A stretch of 64,000 nt of DNA from positions 35,407 to 99,406 of the forward strand of contig CAYTWW010000004.1 in NCBI GenBank assembly GCA_964441565.1. Reading direction: 5' to 3'. Source of the stretch: an uncultured Methanosarcinales archaeon (GTDB lineage: Archaea > Nanobdellota > Nanobdellia > Woesearchaeales > GW2011-AR15). Positions 47,525 to 57,613 of the stretch are shown in pieces. The translations under genes were made by a program, and so were the position numbers. The notes under the pieces are model-generated. The model was not told the origin of the DNA. It worked only from the letters and a program-made list of their open reading frames with translations, and searched no databases. Position 1 is the first letter of the stretch, and the number at the start of each line of letters is the position of its first letter.

Positions 47525-48646
47525 ATGGAGAAGACTCCTTACTACTCATATAGGATAGGCAAGCTGGCAAAAGGCTGCAACGAATGCGTGAAGGGGAACA
47601 AATCAGTGTATTTCATAACAGGCCTTTGCTCAAGCGATTGCTTCTTCTGCCCGATCTCTGATGAGAAAAAGAACAAGGATGTCATCTATATCAATGAGTG
47701 GCCTACCAAGAAGACCAGGGACATATCCAGGGAGATAGAGCTTTGCTCATCAACAGGCGTCGGCATGACCGGAGGCGATCCTCTCCTCTGCATGGATCGG
47801 ACTGTCAAGGCGATCAGGCTCCTTAAGAAAAAAATAGATTTCCATATACATCTGTATACTCCTCTTGACCACGTCGACAGGAAGAAGCTGGCCAGGCTTG
47901 CGGCCGCAGGCCTTGATGAGATCAGGTTCCACCCGGATATCGATGACGACAGGTTGTGGGAAAGGCTTGAGCTGGCGAGGGAATTCGATTGGGATGTCGG
48001 GATAGAGATACCTGTCATACCTGGAAAGCTGAGGGAGACAAAGAGACTCCTGGATTTCATCGCCGGGAAAGTGGATTTCCTCAATCTCAACGAGCTTGAG
48101 TTCTCAGATACGAACTACAACAGGATACTTGAGCATGGTTTCAAGGCGAAGGATGATCTGAGCTATGCTGTGAAAGGCTCTGATCCGATGGCAAAGGCAT
48201 TGCTTAGATATGTTGAGAGGAAAGGGCTCAAGCTGAGGGTCCATTATTGCACAGCGAAGCTCAAGGACAAGGTCCAGCTGTCAGGCAGGATGAAGAGGAG
48301 GAGCAGCAAGGCTTCCCTCCCGTTCGACATAGTCACAGAAGATGGGCTCCTGATCCGGGGCGCGATCTACCTTCCTGAGCTGTTCCCTGGGTTCGACTAT
48401 AGGAAGAGACTCCTTGATGTTGACAGAGATGAGGTCCTTGGCTGGCTGAAGGCATGGAGATCCTCCCTGATAAAGCAATTCAGCCTACCGAAGGAGATGA
48501 TCGCGGTCGATGAGGTGAAGCTCAGGCTGCTCATCCACCCAGCGATCCTATCAGAGATCCACAAGGAGATCGACGGCCGCTCTGCGATAGTTACAGAATA
48601 CCCGACGTATGACATGTTCGAGGTCGAGATCCAGGAACTGATATAG
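47525..48646 (+). CDS. Radical SAM protein (activase-like) with N-terminal Cys4 ribbon
   Basis: CNEC…GLCSSDCFFCP (CxxxCxxC). …GVGMTGGDPLL… is the SAM-binding GGD/E motif. Confidence 0.7.
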   Translation: MEKTPYYSYRIGKLAKGCNECVKGNKSVYFITGLCSSDCFFCPISDEKKNKDVIYINEWPTKKTRDISREIELCSSTGVGMTGGDPLLCMDRTVKAIRLLKKKIDFHIHLYTPLDHVDRKKLARLAAAGLDEIRFHPDIDDDRLWERLELAREFDWDVGIEIPVIPGKLRETKRLLDFIAGKVDFLNLNELEFSDTNYNRILEHGFKAKDDLSYAVKGSDPMAKALLRYVERKGLKLRVHYCTAKLKDKVQLSGRMKRRSSKASLPFDIVTEDGLLIRGAIYLPELFPGFDYRKRLLDVDRDEVLGWLKAWRSSLIKQFSLPKEMIAVDEVKLRLLIHPAILSEIHKEIDGRSAIVTEYPTYDMFEVEIQELI

Positions 48647-48659
48647 TTCTTTTGCAGCA

Positions 48660-49135
48660 TAATTCAGATTCGGGAACCAGATTTTTCAGGGTATCAGGAC
48701 GAAAATCCACCTTGTGATGCCAGCAACAGAAGTGCCAGAGGCTCCCATGCCACCTAATTGTGCAGTGACGGGAGTAAAAAGAATTTTTCGTCTTTTTTTG
48801 TACTGAACATCTCTTTTTTTTGAAAGTCTACGCTTCTAAAAAAAGAGAGCTGGAAAAACAAAAGACGACAATTTCTTCCGATCGGCGAGATCGCTCACGC
48901 CGAAGATCGGAATCACGAGATACTTCGAGTGATACGAGGACGCAGTCCTTAGTACCTTGGTAATCAATTAGATCGGAAGTCACGAGACAGTCGAGTGATG
49001 CCAGGACGAAAAGTCCTCAGCACCACGAGTACCACGAGTGGCACCAGGACCAAGTCCTAAGTGTCACGAGAGAATCGAGTGATACCCAGTACGCTAGTCC
49101 TAAGTACCTTGGCGAATGTCGCGAAGAATTCAGCG
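48660..49135. repeat. Copy D (longest) of the dispersed composite intergenic repeat
   Basis: It contains all modules. There is the GCCAGAGGCTCCC box, then GTGACGGGAGTAAAAAGAATTTTTCG…, the hairpin CTCTTTTTTTT-GAAAGTCTACGCTTCT-AAAAAAAGAGAG, CTGGAAAAAC and TTCCGATCGG. It also carries four hairpin units: ACGAGGACGCAGTCCTTAG, CCAGGACGAAAAGTCCTCAG, CCAGGACCAAGTCCTAAG and GCTAGTCCTAAG. GTACCTTGG recurs twice. Confidence 0.8.
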
Positions 49136-49219
49136 TCGACAACCTCAAAAGAAGTCATGAAGGTTCCATTAAACCCATTCTCGCAAGCATTATAAACAAT
49201 AGAATTCCCCCATCCTGCC

Positions 49220-50755
49220 ATGAAGAGATACCTGCTCATCATCCTGTTCATGGTCCCTGCTCTCGCAGGCTTCTTCATGGCAGGCGACCGTATCTATTCA
49301 AGTGTGCATCCTCCTGACGGCAACAATTACCTGTCCATGATGCAGCAGGCAAAGGAAGGCAGGATCCTCCTGACAAACATGTACACTCCTGAGGATGTCC
49401 CATCGCTCCTCTTCAGGCCTGTCTTCACCCTGGCCGGCTGGGTCTCCGGCCTCACAGGACTCTCAGACCAGATCGTCTATCAGCTTTTCCGCATGGCGGG
49501 GATCGGACTCATCATCTTCTACCTGACAAGATTAGGCAGGCTCTTCTTCAAGGGAAGGCATGAACATCTCTATCTCTACATCGCAATATTCGGAAGCGGC
49601 ATCGGCTGGCTCTTCATCCTCCTATCGACATTCGGCGTCAAGCACTATGGCTCAGTAGACCAATGGATCACTGAAGCCAACAATCTCCTCATCTTCCTCA
49701 GCCATCCCCACACTCTCTTCTCGCTAGCATTCATGATCGCAGGAGCATACCACTTCATGAAAAGCTATGAGAACAGGCAGCTGAAGGATTACCTCATATC
49801 AGCAGCATTCCTCTTCATCGTAGGGATAGAGCATCTATTTGATGTGATAACGATCGGCTCAGCAGTCGCCATCCTCCTGCTCGATGACCTTATCATAACA
49901 AGGAAGCTTGACTGGCAGAGGATCCGGCACCTTATCGTCTGGGGCACGATAATCGTCATCCCATTCATCTACACATATGCGCTCTTCAATGTCCCATCCT
50001 ATTCAGAGTGGAATGATCAGAATGAGCTAGACACTCCTCCTATCCATCAGGTGATATTCGGGTACGGAATAATGGCAGGAGCATCTGCCCTTGCCTTCAT
50101 CCATCTTGCCAGGAATGGATACTCAAAGGTCCGGCCCGAGATAAAGCTGATGATATACTGGATCATCGCGACACTCATCCTCATATATTCCCCGCTCAAT
50201 GTACAGCGCAGGTTCCTGGAAGGCCTGCATGTCCCCATGGCTGTCATGACCGGCATATTCATCTTCTCAGTCCTCCCTCACTACATCAAGGACAGGAGGC
50301 TTGCCTCAGGTCTTTTGATCATCATGATCCTTTTCCTCCCTCTGACAAACATCTACCTGTTCCATAAGAGGACAGTCGCGCAGGACACAGGGAGAGGATC
50401 ATTCCCATACAATGTGCCTGCATATCTGGAACAGGGGGAGGACGAGGCCCTCAGATGGATAGCTGAGAAGACCTCACCTGGCGAGGTAATTCTATCTGGC
50501 TACAATATCGGTAACTATATCCCTGCTTATGCGAACAGACGAGTCTTCCTCGGCCACTGGGCACAGACAATCAGGTTCTATGAGAGAGCTGAGATGGTCG
50601 ACAGCTTCTACAAGACAGGAGACCTCTCGCTCATCGACCATGAGATAGATTACATCTATTATGGCGTAGACGAGAAAGCTTTAAATCCAAGCCTTTCGCT
50701 GCCAGGTGAGGAAGTCTTCCATAACGATCTGGTGCAGATATACAAGGTACGATGA
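49220..50755 (+). CDS. Polytopic membrane protein, putative GT-C-like glycan-processing enzyme
   Basis: 511 aa, ≥10 TM, large extracytoplasmic C-terminal domain. The stop overlaps the flippase start. Confidence 0.45.
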   Translation: MKRYLLIILFMVPALAGFFMAGDRIYSSVHPPDGNNYLSMMQQAKEGRILLTNMYTPEDVPSLLFRPVFTLAGWVSGLTGLSDQIVYQLFRMAGIGLIIFYLTRLGRLFFKGRHEHLYLYIAIFGSGIGWLFILLSTFGVKHYGSVDQWITEANNLLIFLSHPHTLFSLAFMIAGAYHFMKSYENRQLKDYLISAAFLFIVGIEHLFDVITIGSAVAILLLDDLIITRKLDWQRIRHLIVWGTIIVIPFIYTYALFNVPSYSEWNDQNELDTPPIHQVIFGYGIMAGASALAFIHLARNGYSKVRPEIKLMIYWIIATLILIYSPLNVQRRFLEGLHVPMAVMTGIFIFSVLPHYIKDRRLASGLLIIMILFLPLTNIYLFHKRTVAQDTGRGSFPYNVPAYLEQGEDEALRWIAEKTSPGEVILSGYNIGNYIPAYANRRVFLGHWAQTIRFYERAEMVDSFYKTGDLSLIDHEIDYIYYGVDEKALNPSLSLPGEEVFHNDLVQIYKVR

Positions 50756-52209
50756 CAGCAGCAAGAAGGATAGCTAAGAACGCAGGCATCATGTTCATTG
50801 GGGAGAATGCCACAAAAGTCCTGAGCATAATACTCGTCTTCCTTATTGCCAGGCTTCTTGGCGATGTAGACTATGGGAAGTTCACCTTCGCCCTATCCTT
50901 CACAGGTCTCTTCTACATGCTCATAGATTTCGGCACCAGGCTGCTCCTTGTCAGGGAGATCGCCCAGAACAAGGATAAGATACAGAAGATAATCTCGAAC
51001 GTGTTCACCCTCAAGCTTATCACCGGGATCCTGGTATATATCATCCTCAACGTGACTGCATTCCTTCTCGGATACGACAATGTGACTCTTATCGCTATAT
51101 CGATTGCTGGACTCGGCATCATGTTCGAGAGCATGAGCGCGACCCTTTTCGCAATATACCAGGCACATGAGAGGATGGACATACCTGTCATCGCAAAGAT
51201 ACTGCGTGTGATCGTGAGGTTCGCGATCACAGTCCCTATACTTCTCATGGGAGGGACATTCATGCAGGTCCTGATAGCCGCGATTTTTGTCCAGTTCCTC
51301 GACTTCCTGTTCCAGCTCATCGTGACCTTCAGGTTGTATATGAGGCCTGCTCTCGGATGGGATCTCAAGTATATGTTTTCTCTGTTGAAGCGCTCCCTGC
51401 CTTTCCTCCTGGCAGGGGTATTCGTATCAGTTTATTTCAGGATAGATGTGACCATGATGTCCAAGATGGCGCCTACATCCCTTCCTGGTGTCTACACAGC
51501 CGTCAGCAGAGACGCTATCATCGGATGGTACAGCGCAGCATATAATGTTCTCGACGGTATCTCTTCAGTACCTATCGCAGCGATAGCAGCGCTCCTTCCT
51601 GTGGCTATCATCTTCAGGAAGGAATCTGGTGAGAAGCTGCTTGATCTGTTCCGCACATCATCCAGATATCTCACATATCTCTCTATACCCATGGCAGTAG
51701 GAGTGAGCATGCTCGCTGAGAAGATCGTCCTCCTGATCTACAAGGACGCATATATCAATTCAGTCCCTGCGATGATAATCCTTTCCTGGACGATAATACC
51801 CCTGTCCATCAACTATGTCATGGGCACGATGATGGTCGCTGTGCAGAAGGAGAAGGAAGTGGTAGCGGTCCTGATGGGTAATGTGATAATAAATATCATC
51901 CTCAACATCTTCCTCATCCCCAGGCTCAGCCTCTATGGGGCGGCGATGACAACTGTCCTGACAGAGGTATTCTACCTCTCCGGCTATTATTTCCTCATCT
52001 CGCGAGAAGTTGGCAAGCTGGACTGGGCTGCGATGTTCGTCAAACCCTCGATCTCAGCAGCTGTGATGGCGCTTGTCCTCAGCACTGTCGACTATCATCT
52101 ATTCCTCATGATTCCTATCGGCGTAGTAACATATTTCGGTTCCATGTTCGCACTCAGGGCCTTCACTTCAGAAGACATAGACCTTCTCAGGCATCTTGTC
52201 AAGAGATGA
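50752..52209 (+). CDS. Polysaccharide/oligosaccharide flippase (MOP superfamily, Wzx-like)
   Basis: 485 aa, ~14 TM, typical PST family. Confidence 0.65.
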   Translation: MTAARRIAKNAGIMFIGENATKVLSIILVFLIARLLGDVDYGKFTFALSFTGLFYMLIDFGTRLLLVREIAQNKDKIQKIISNVFTLKLITGILVYIILNVTAFLLGYDNVTLIAISIAGLGIMFESMSATLFAIYQAHERMDIPVIAKILRVIVRFAITVPILLMGGTFMQVLIAAIFVQFLDFLFQLIVTFRLYMRPALGWDLKYMFSLLKRSLPFLLAGVFVSVYFRIDVTMMSKMAPTSLPGVYTAVSRDAIIGWYSAAYNVLDGISSVPIAAIAALLPVAIIFRKESGEKLLDLFRTSSRYLTYLSIPMAVGVSMLAEKIVLLIYKDAYINSVPAMIILSWTIIPLSINYVMGTMMVAVQKEKEVVAVLMGNVIINIILNIFLIPRLSLYGAAMTTVLTEVFYLSGYYFLISREVGKLDWAAMFVKPSISAAVMALVLSTVDYHLFLMIPIGVVTYFGSMFALRAFTSEDIDLLRHLVKR

Positions 52210-52210
52210 T

Positions 52211-55200
52211 CTACATTCTGAGCAGCTCGTAGACCTGCTTCTCCTGCCGAATCATCTTCAGGGATGAGAACAGCTCAGACCTGGTGCTGCATGGGATCTC
52301 CAGGCAGTGCTGGTCAAGGAATGACCTGATCTCTCCACTGTTCCTGTAATACTCGTACTCATTGTCAGCCATGTATGGAAGCGCCAGATACAAGCCCTCA
52401 AGGCTATGGAGAGGGAGCCCTGACAAGAGCTGCAGAGGCATCTCAGCCTTCTTCCGGAAGTCCAGGTTTATCACATTCTCAGGCAGTTTGAGGACAGAGC
52501 TCTTCTGAGGTTCGAATTCTCCCAGATAGATATTGTATAGCACCCTGTACATCTCGAGCCTGGAGTCAGATGACATGAGGACCTTTGCGACATCAGGCCT
52601 CCCGACAGACTCTGAAACCCACTGCTGAACAAGGCTTGTGTTCGAGAGCATCCTGAAGCTGTCCTCGCTCATCGCATGCAGGTGTCTGGCAAAGTCATAG
52701 AGAGTATGGGCCTCGCTGCCCTCGGGAAGGACAAGAGGCCTTGCTGCCTTCTTTGTCATGAGCTTTCCGTCTGCTGGCCTTTTCTTGTGTCCCCCTCTGC
52801 CGAAGATGAAGAAGAGTATCGAGCAAAGTAGACATACGACCAAAAAGCCGATTATCGCATCAGCGTGGCTGTTCTTTGCCTGCTTCGGCTCTTCGATCGA
52901 GGAGGACTTCTCTTCGAGCCTCACTTCCTGCTGCTCAGGTACGACAGGTATGGAAGGCTGCTCCATCACAGGAGGACTTGATGTCTTTTCGATTATCTCT
53001 GGTTCTGGCTCTGCTTTTACCACAGATGAACGGCTGAAGCTGCCTCCACCGCCGCCACCACCGCCGCTGCCTCCGCTGCCTCCGCTGCCGCCACCACCGC
53101 CGCCGCTATCACCGCCGCTTTCCTCCTCTTCGACAGCAGCAGTTGCAAGGCTGTATTCAGTGAAATGAGGCACATCAAAGCTGACATTCTCACCTAGCGA
53201 GATGTTCTCGCATATCGGGCAAGGCAGGCCGTCTTTTAGTATGACAGGGTCTGCGAGAGTGACATGGTAGAATGTAATCCTTGCGCTGCGGTTGAGGACT
53301 GGCACCAGTGAGGAATTGATGTATACCTTCCTATCCTCTATCCCGACAAATGAATCCAGGTCGACTGCAGTGACATTGACCTCTCCTCTCAGATTTATCC
53401 TGCCATGGTCAGATATCTCTAGCGTGATCCCCTCGAAAGTCAGGTTGTTCCTATTGAAGTCAGTAGTATGTCCATCAAACTTAGATGCATTCGGATAACC
53501 GGGATCATTGCTCCTTGTTCGTAGGTTGTGGACACCTGAGCTGTAAGCATTCCCATATCTATCAGTCCCATTCACCTTCCAATAATAGTCAGTGTCATTC
53601 TCAAGACCAGTGGCTGTCATCTGGTGGCTTGTGGCCTTTGCTGTGGAATGGAGATAGCTGGGAGCTGACAGGTCCGCATATGTCGAGATGAAGAGGCTAG
53701 CATTCCCTGATTCGTTCAGCGTAAGAGATACCCTGAACCTGTCTGATGAGATGGAGTTGTTCGATATCGCTATGATCGCAGGCGGAGTGATGTCCTCTGG
53801 CTCATTCTCAAGAGTCCGGAAGAAAGAGCTGTTGGTTATGCAGTTATTGTGCCTGTCGCACGTCGTCACATTGAAGTCATAAATAGCGTTGGCTGTCAGG
53901 TCTTGAAAAAAAAAAGTATGCACAGTAGTATAGACTGAGTCGACGACTGTGCCAAGGATCGTCCAGATGGTAGAGTTCGTGGCCTCATTTGTGATGATTG
54001 TGATCTGGCCAGTCTGGTTTGTCGTGATATTCTGATGGATCAACTCAGGATAGCTGATATCCTCCCCGGAACCGGTGATCACATAGTAGTTCGAGTTCTG
54101 GCCGGTTGTTATGTCGAAAGTCACCATGTTGCCTGAGACTGAGAGGACAGGCACGTCAGATCCATCGTCCTTCGTGATTATGAATCCCTGGGTCAGCGAA
54201 AGGTCAGAGCAGTCCACAGTCACTCTCCTTGTCTTAGGTACATCGATATACGGATCCCGCTCCATCGTGTTGGCTGTGAGGACTATTCTTTCTGACGAGA
54301 CCCTGAGATGTGCCTGTGTAGGTTGGTCTGATTCGAATAAAGTTTTTTCTCCGTCATGTATGTATGTTGCATTGAATGCAGCTATCTCTCCAGCCGAATA
54401 TGCGAGCGCCCATCCATCAGTCGACTTGCCTGCATAGGATACTGTTCCATCATTGTCTCCGTCAAAGAGGACTGTGTTCCCTCCGTCAATGAGGCCTTTC
54501 TCAGTCCCATTGATAGCAGTCACTCCCTCTTCAGAGAAGGTGTTCCAGTGATGCGAGAATACAAGGTCCAGGGAAGGATCGCCGATGTCTGTGTAGTAAT
54601 AGCGCCTCCCATACTTGCCGAGGCCTCTGGACCCGCCTGAACAGCTTGTCTTGGAGAAGCAGTAATTTACATTGGTCCTCCCTCCGCCGAAATACACTGG
54701 CGAATCAGAATAGATGAGCTGCGTGGACAGGAAGATGTCCTGGCCAGTCGCAGCATTAGTCCTCCTCGCAGTCCAGTTGAGCCCGCTCACAGTAGATGCG
54801 AACTCATCATCGATGTTGATGAAGTTGTGATAGATGCGGTCCCCCTGCGTCACACCTGACACCTTTGTCCTCTTGACCACTGTGTCGCCGAACTTCACGA
54901 AATACTCCTTCACAGGATCAGCCTTGTAGTACGGACGCCACACGAATGCGCCGGCGAGATTCGCGTCCGCAGTACCCATGTAATCCTCGATGTCGCCGCC
55001 GTACTGCAGTGGAAACTGGCGGAAATTAGGATAATCGGCAGGATAAAGTGCTGGATCACATGTTTTCATTCCATAATACTGGTTTTGTCCATGTTCTCCA
55101 CATTCAGACCTGTAATAGCTTACTAACCCCTCGACATTCTGTGTGTCGTTCGCTAAGCTGATTCCATTTTTCCAGAAATCTGCCCTTGTATCATCTTCAT

Positions 55201-57613
55201 ATGGGACTTGCTCGTAATCAATAAATGGCTCCCCCAGGATATAAAGATAATAGCCCTGAGCTTGGGAGTGTCCCATCCCTCTTTCCTCACCACCATCAAT
55301 CATCAGAAAAGTGTCATTGGAGAAAGTATAGTTCGTCCTCACAATCAAGGTGTCTTCTGCATTGTCAAATACGATTTTTGGCATAGCAGACTCTGGAGCC
55401 TCTTCAGAATCAACTGAGTCAAGGATCTGCTTGTAGAGATATGAGAGAGGATATGTTCTCATGGCACTCGATTCAGATATGTTGAAAGCATACTGTCTAA
55501 TCCAAAGTGATGTCTTCTTAGTGTTCAGGTCATCGCACATCAGAGCAAAGAAAAGCGGAGTATCCCACCCTGTGAACAAGCTGTCGTCGATCTTCTGATA
55601 GCTGTTTGAATCTCCTTTTTGCACTGACCTAAGGTAAAAAGGCTCATCATTTCTGGAATCTGACCCTTTGTAGTTACCATCAAGCAGCATAACAATATGC
55701 TCTCTTGCCATAGCACAAAAGGCATTATTATACTCTTCAATATCTATGAGCGAGTTCCGATATCTCATCCAAAGGACATCAGCTAGGTGAGGAAAAGCAT
55801 AAGTTCTGTAACCATATCCTTCCTGATACATATGCCAGGAGTCATTCTTGTATGACTGAAGTATCTTGTCTTCCCTGTCCATCCATTCATCTGGTATGTT
55901 CTTGCCCCAGTACTGGTCGCTGAGATTATGGATAAGAGTAGGGTTCTCGGCATACTCTCCGATGAAGCTATAGCAGAATCCACCCATCCCTGATCCAAAA
56001 GCCAATCCATTGTCCCCTGCAATCAAAGCGTCATTGTCGAGATCAGGGCGATCTCCGGGATGGTTAACGAACAGCTGGCAGATATCATGAGCTTTTCGCG
56101 AAAGATCCTCCTGCTCCTCTTGTGTAAAATAGGGAACCATCATATCATAGGCAATAGCAACATGAAGGTATTGATGGAACGCCTGGTTGGAAGTGAATGA
56201 CGAGAGGCTCCTGTTCAGCCAGCCATGTATGTGATCACTTGCAACCTTACAATTGTTTGTGTTTTCATATCCATTATGCATACAACTCATTGCAGCCTGG
56301 CGTGCATTCACAGCATAGGGGTCAGCGCTGTCTCCTGAATATCCTTCATTCCAGTCGGAGGATACAAAGTTATTAATCCAATTGCAGGAGTCATAAGCCA
56401 CCTCGTTTTCTGGATCAGAGCAAAAAGGGATGTAGGAATTATACTCATCAAGTGAGAAATGAAACCATGGCCTGTCCTTGAAGGGGATGTAGATCCTTTG
56501 GGCATTGTTATCCTCAACATCCTCCTCTACACTATCGTCAGTATCAATCTTAACAAATCCTGAATGCCATCCATATGACTTCTCCCAATTGCATATTATC
56601 TCTGTTTCTTCCATCCCTGAAAGAGAAAGGCTGTCTTCACATAAAACAGTTCCATCCATATCCACTTTGTAGACGAAGGGTCCGGTTGGCTCTGATCCAG
56701 CGTTCCTTATAATGATTGAGAGAGGCATTTCACCTATTGGATCTAGAAGATTACTTCCAGTGTAGTCTCGTGGCAAGGTGTACCTGATAGATTTAACATA
56801 AATATCTTTTTCAGGAGGCGAACCAAGTCGTTCCTCATTGTAAATTGCCTGGACATCTAATGTAGAGAAATTGCTTCTTCTCCAGATTCTCAGCTCATCT
56901 AGGTAACCTACAATATCCTGAGAAAATATCCCTGCTCCAACTCTTAGCATGCTCCCAGAAGTCATATTTGGGGTACCGAAGGGTGTGCTTGAATTCACAA
57001 CCAGTTCTCCGTTCTTCCATACATAGCTCCTCTGTTTGTCATATTGTAGGAAGTAGAAAGTCCATTGATCTGTAGGTGACTCCTGAGTATCCCCTGGAAA
57101 AGCTTTCACTTCACCTCCTTGCGCCCATACATGAAGGTTCATCCCATAGCCTGCTTCAGTCACATGCAGGTATTTAGGCCCTCCACAGCATCCTTCATGC
57201 CCGATATCCATAATGTCAAAAGAGTTTGCTCCTGAGACCGAAATAGTTGGATATAACCAGAAAGCCACTGCAATGCCGTCCGAAAGCTGAAATTTACTGG
57301 ATGAGTTGAGATAGTCAGCACCACCATCAGCAGAGAAATCAGCGCACCCGTTAATCTTGGATTGTGCTCTATCAAGCCATTCACCTGAGCGAAATGGAGT
57401 AAACTCGTGATCGTAGCCGGAATAATCCGTCCATGGCGATGAAGAATCATCGAAAGTCAGGTTCAGTACAAGATCAGATGAAAATGAGGAGCTAGCGGGA
57501 AAAATCACAAAGGCATCAGGTTTGAAACCAAGGAGATACACCACAGCCAGGCATGCACTGACAAGAAAGATGAGTGCAAATATTTTGAATATCCTTATTC
57601 CCCCTGCCATCAA
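52211..57613 (-). CDS. Giant (1800 aa) type-I membrane surface protein with an N-terminal LamG/ConA-like domain, a polysaccharide-lyase-like (heparinase II/III-like) central region, a Gly/Ser linker, a single TM and a ~190-aa cytoplasmic tail
   Basis: N-terminal signal/anchor MMAGGIRIFKIFALIFLVSACLAVVYL. …EEEESGGDSGGGGGGSGGSGGSGGGGGGGGSFSR… linker. TM AIIGFLVVCLLCSILFFIF followed by a basic stop-transfer. Domain calls are inferred from sequence patterns only. Confidence 0.5.
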   Translation of the reverse strand: MMAGGIRIFKIFALIFLVSACLAVVYLLGFKPDAFVIFPASSSFSSDLVLNLTFDDSSSPWTDYSGYDHEFTPFRSGEWLDRAQSKINGCADFSADGGADYLNSSSKFQLSDGIAVAFWLYPTISVSGANSFDIMDIGHEGCCGGPKYLHVTEAGYGMNLHVWAQGGEVKAFPGDTQESPTDQWTFYFLQYDKQRSYVWKNGELVVNSSTPFGTPNMTSGSMLRVGAGIFSQDIVGYLDELRIWRRSNFSTLDVQAIYNEERLGSPPEKDIYVKSIRYTLPRDYTGSNLLDPIGEMPLSIIIRNAGSEPTGPFVYKVDMDGTVLCEDSLSLSGMEETEIICNWEKSYGWHSGFVKIDTDDSVEEDVEDNNAQRIYIPFKDRPWFHFSLDEYNSYIPFCSDPENEVAYDSCNWINNFVSSDWNEGYSGDSADPYAVNARQAAMSCMHNGYENTNNCKVASDHIHGWLNRSLSSFTSNQAFHQYLHVAIAYDMMVPYFTQEEQEDLSRKAHDICQLFVNHPGDRPDLDNDALIAGDNGLAFGSGMGGFCYSFIGEYAENPTLIHNLSDQYWGKNIPDEWMDREDKILQSYKNDSWHMYQEGYGYRTYAFPHLADVLWMRYRNSLIDIEEYNNAFCAMAREHIVMLLDGNYKGSDSRNDEPFYLRSVQKGDSNSYQKIDDSLFTGWDTPLFFALMCDDLNTKKTSLWIRQYAFNISESSAMRTYPLSYLYKQILDSVDSEEAPESAMPKIVFDNAEDTLIVRTNYTFSNDTFLMIDGGEERGMGHSQAQGYYLYILGEPFIDYEQVPYEDDTRADFWKNGISLANDTQNVEGLVSYYRSECGEHGQNQYYGMKTCDPALYPADYPNFRQFPLQYGGDIEDYMGTADANLAGAFVWRPYYKADPVKEYFVKFGDTVVKRTKVSGVTQGDRIYHNFINIDDEFASTVSGLNWTARRTNAATGQDIFLSTQLIYSDSPVYFGGGRTNVNYCFSKTSCSGGSRGLGKYGRRYYYTDIGDPSLDLVFSHHWNTFSEEGVTAINGTEKGLIDGGNTVLFDGDNDGTVSYAGKSTDGWALAYSAGEIAAFNATYIHDGEKTLFESDQPTQAHLRVSSERIVLTANTMERDPYIDVPKTRRVTVDCSDLSLTQGFIITKDDGSDVPVLSVSGNMVTFDITTGQNSNYYVITGSGEDISYPELIHQNITTNQTGQITIITNEATNSTIWTILGTVVDSVYTTVHTFFFQDLTANAIYDFNVTTCDRHNNCITNSSFFRTLENEPEDITPPAIIAISNNSISSDRFRVSLTLNESGNASLFISTYADLSAPSYLHSTAKATSHQMTATGLENDTDYYWKVNGTDRYGNAYSSGVHNLRTRSNDPGYPNASKFDGHTTDFNRNNLTFEGITLEISDHGRINLRGEVNVTAVDLDSFVGIEDRKVYINSSLVPVLNRSARITFYHVTLADPVILKDGLPCPICENISLGENVSFDVPHFTEYSLATAAVEEEESGGDSGGGGGGSGGSGGSGGGGGGGGSFSRSSVVKAEPEPEIIEKTSSPPVMEQPSIPVVPEQQEVRLEEKSSSIEEPKQAKNSHADAIIGFLVVCLLCSILFFIFGRGGHKKRPADGKLMTKKAARPLVLPEGSEAHTLYDFARHLHAMSEDSFRMLSNTSLVQQWVSESVGRPDVAKVLMSSDSRLEMYRVLYNIYLGEFEPQKSSVLKLPENVINLDFRKKAEMPLQLLSGLPLHSLEGLYLALPYMADNEYEYYRNSGEIRSFLDQHCLEIPCSTRSELFSSLKMIRQEKQVYELLRM

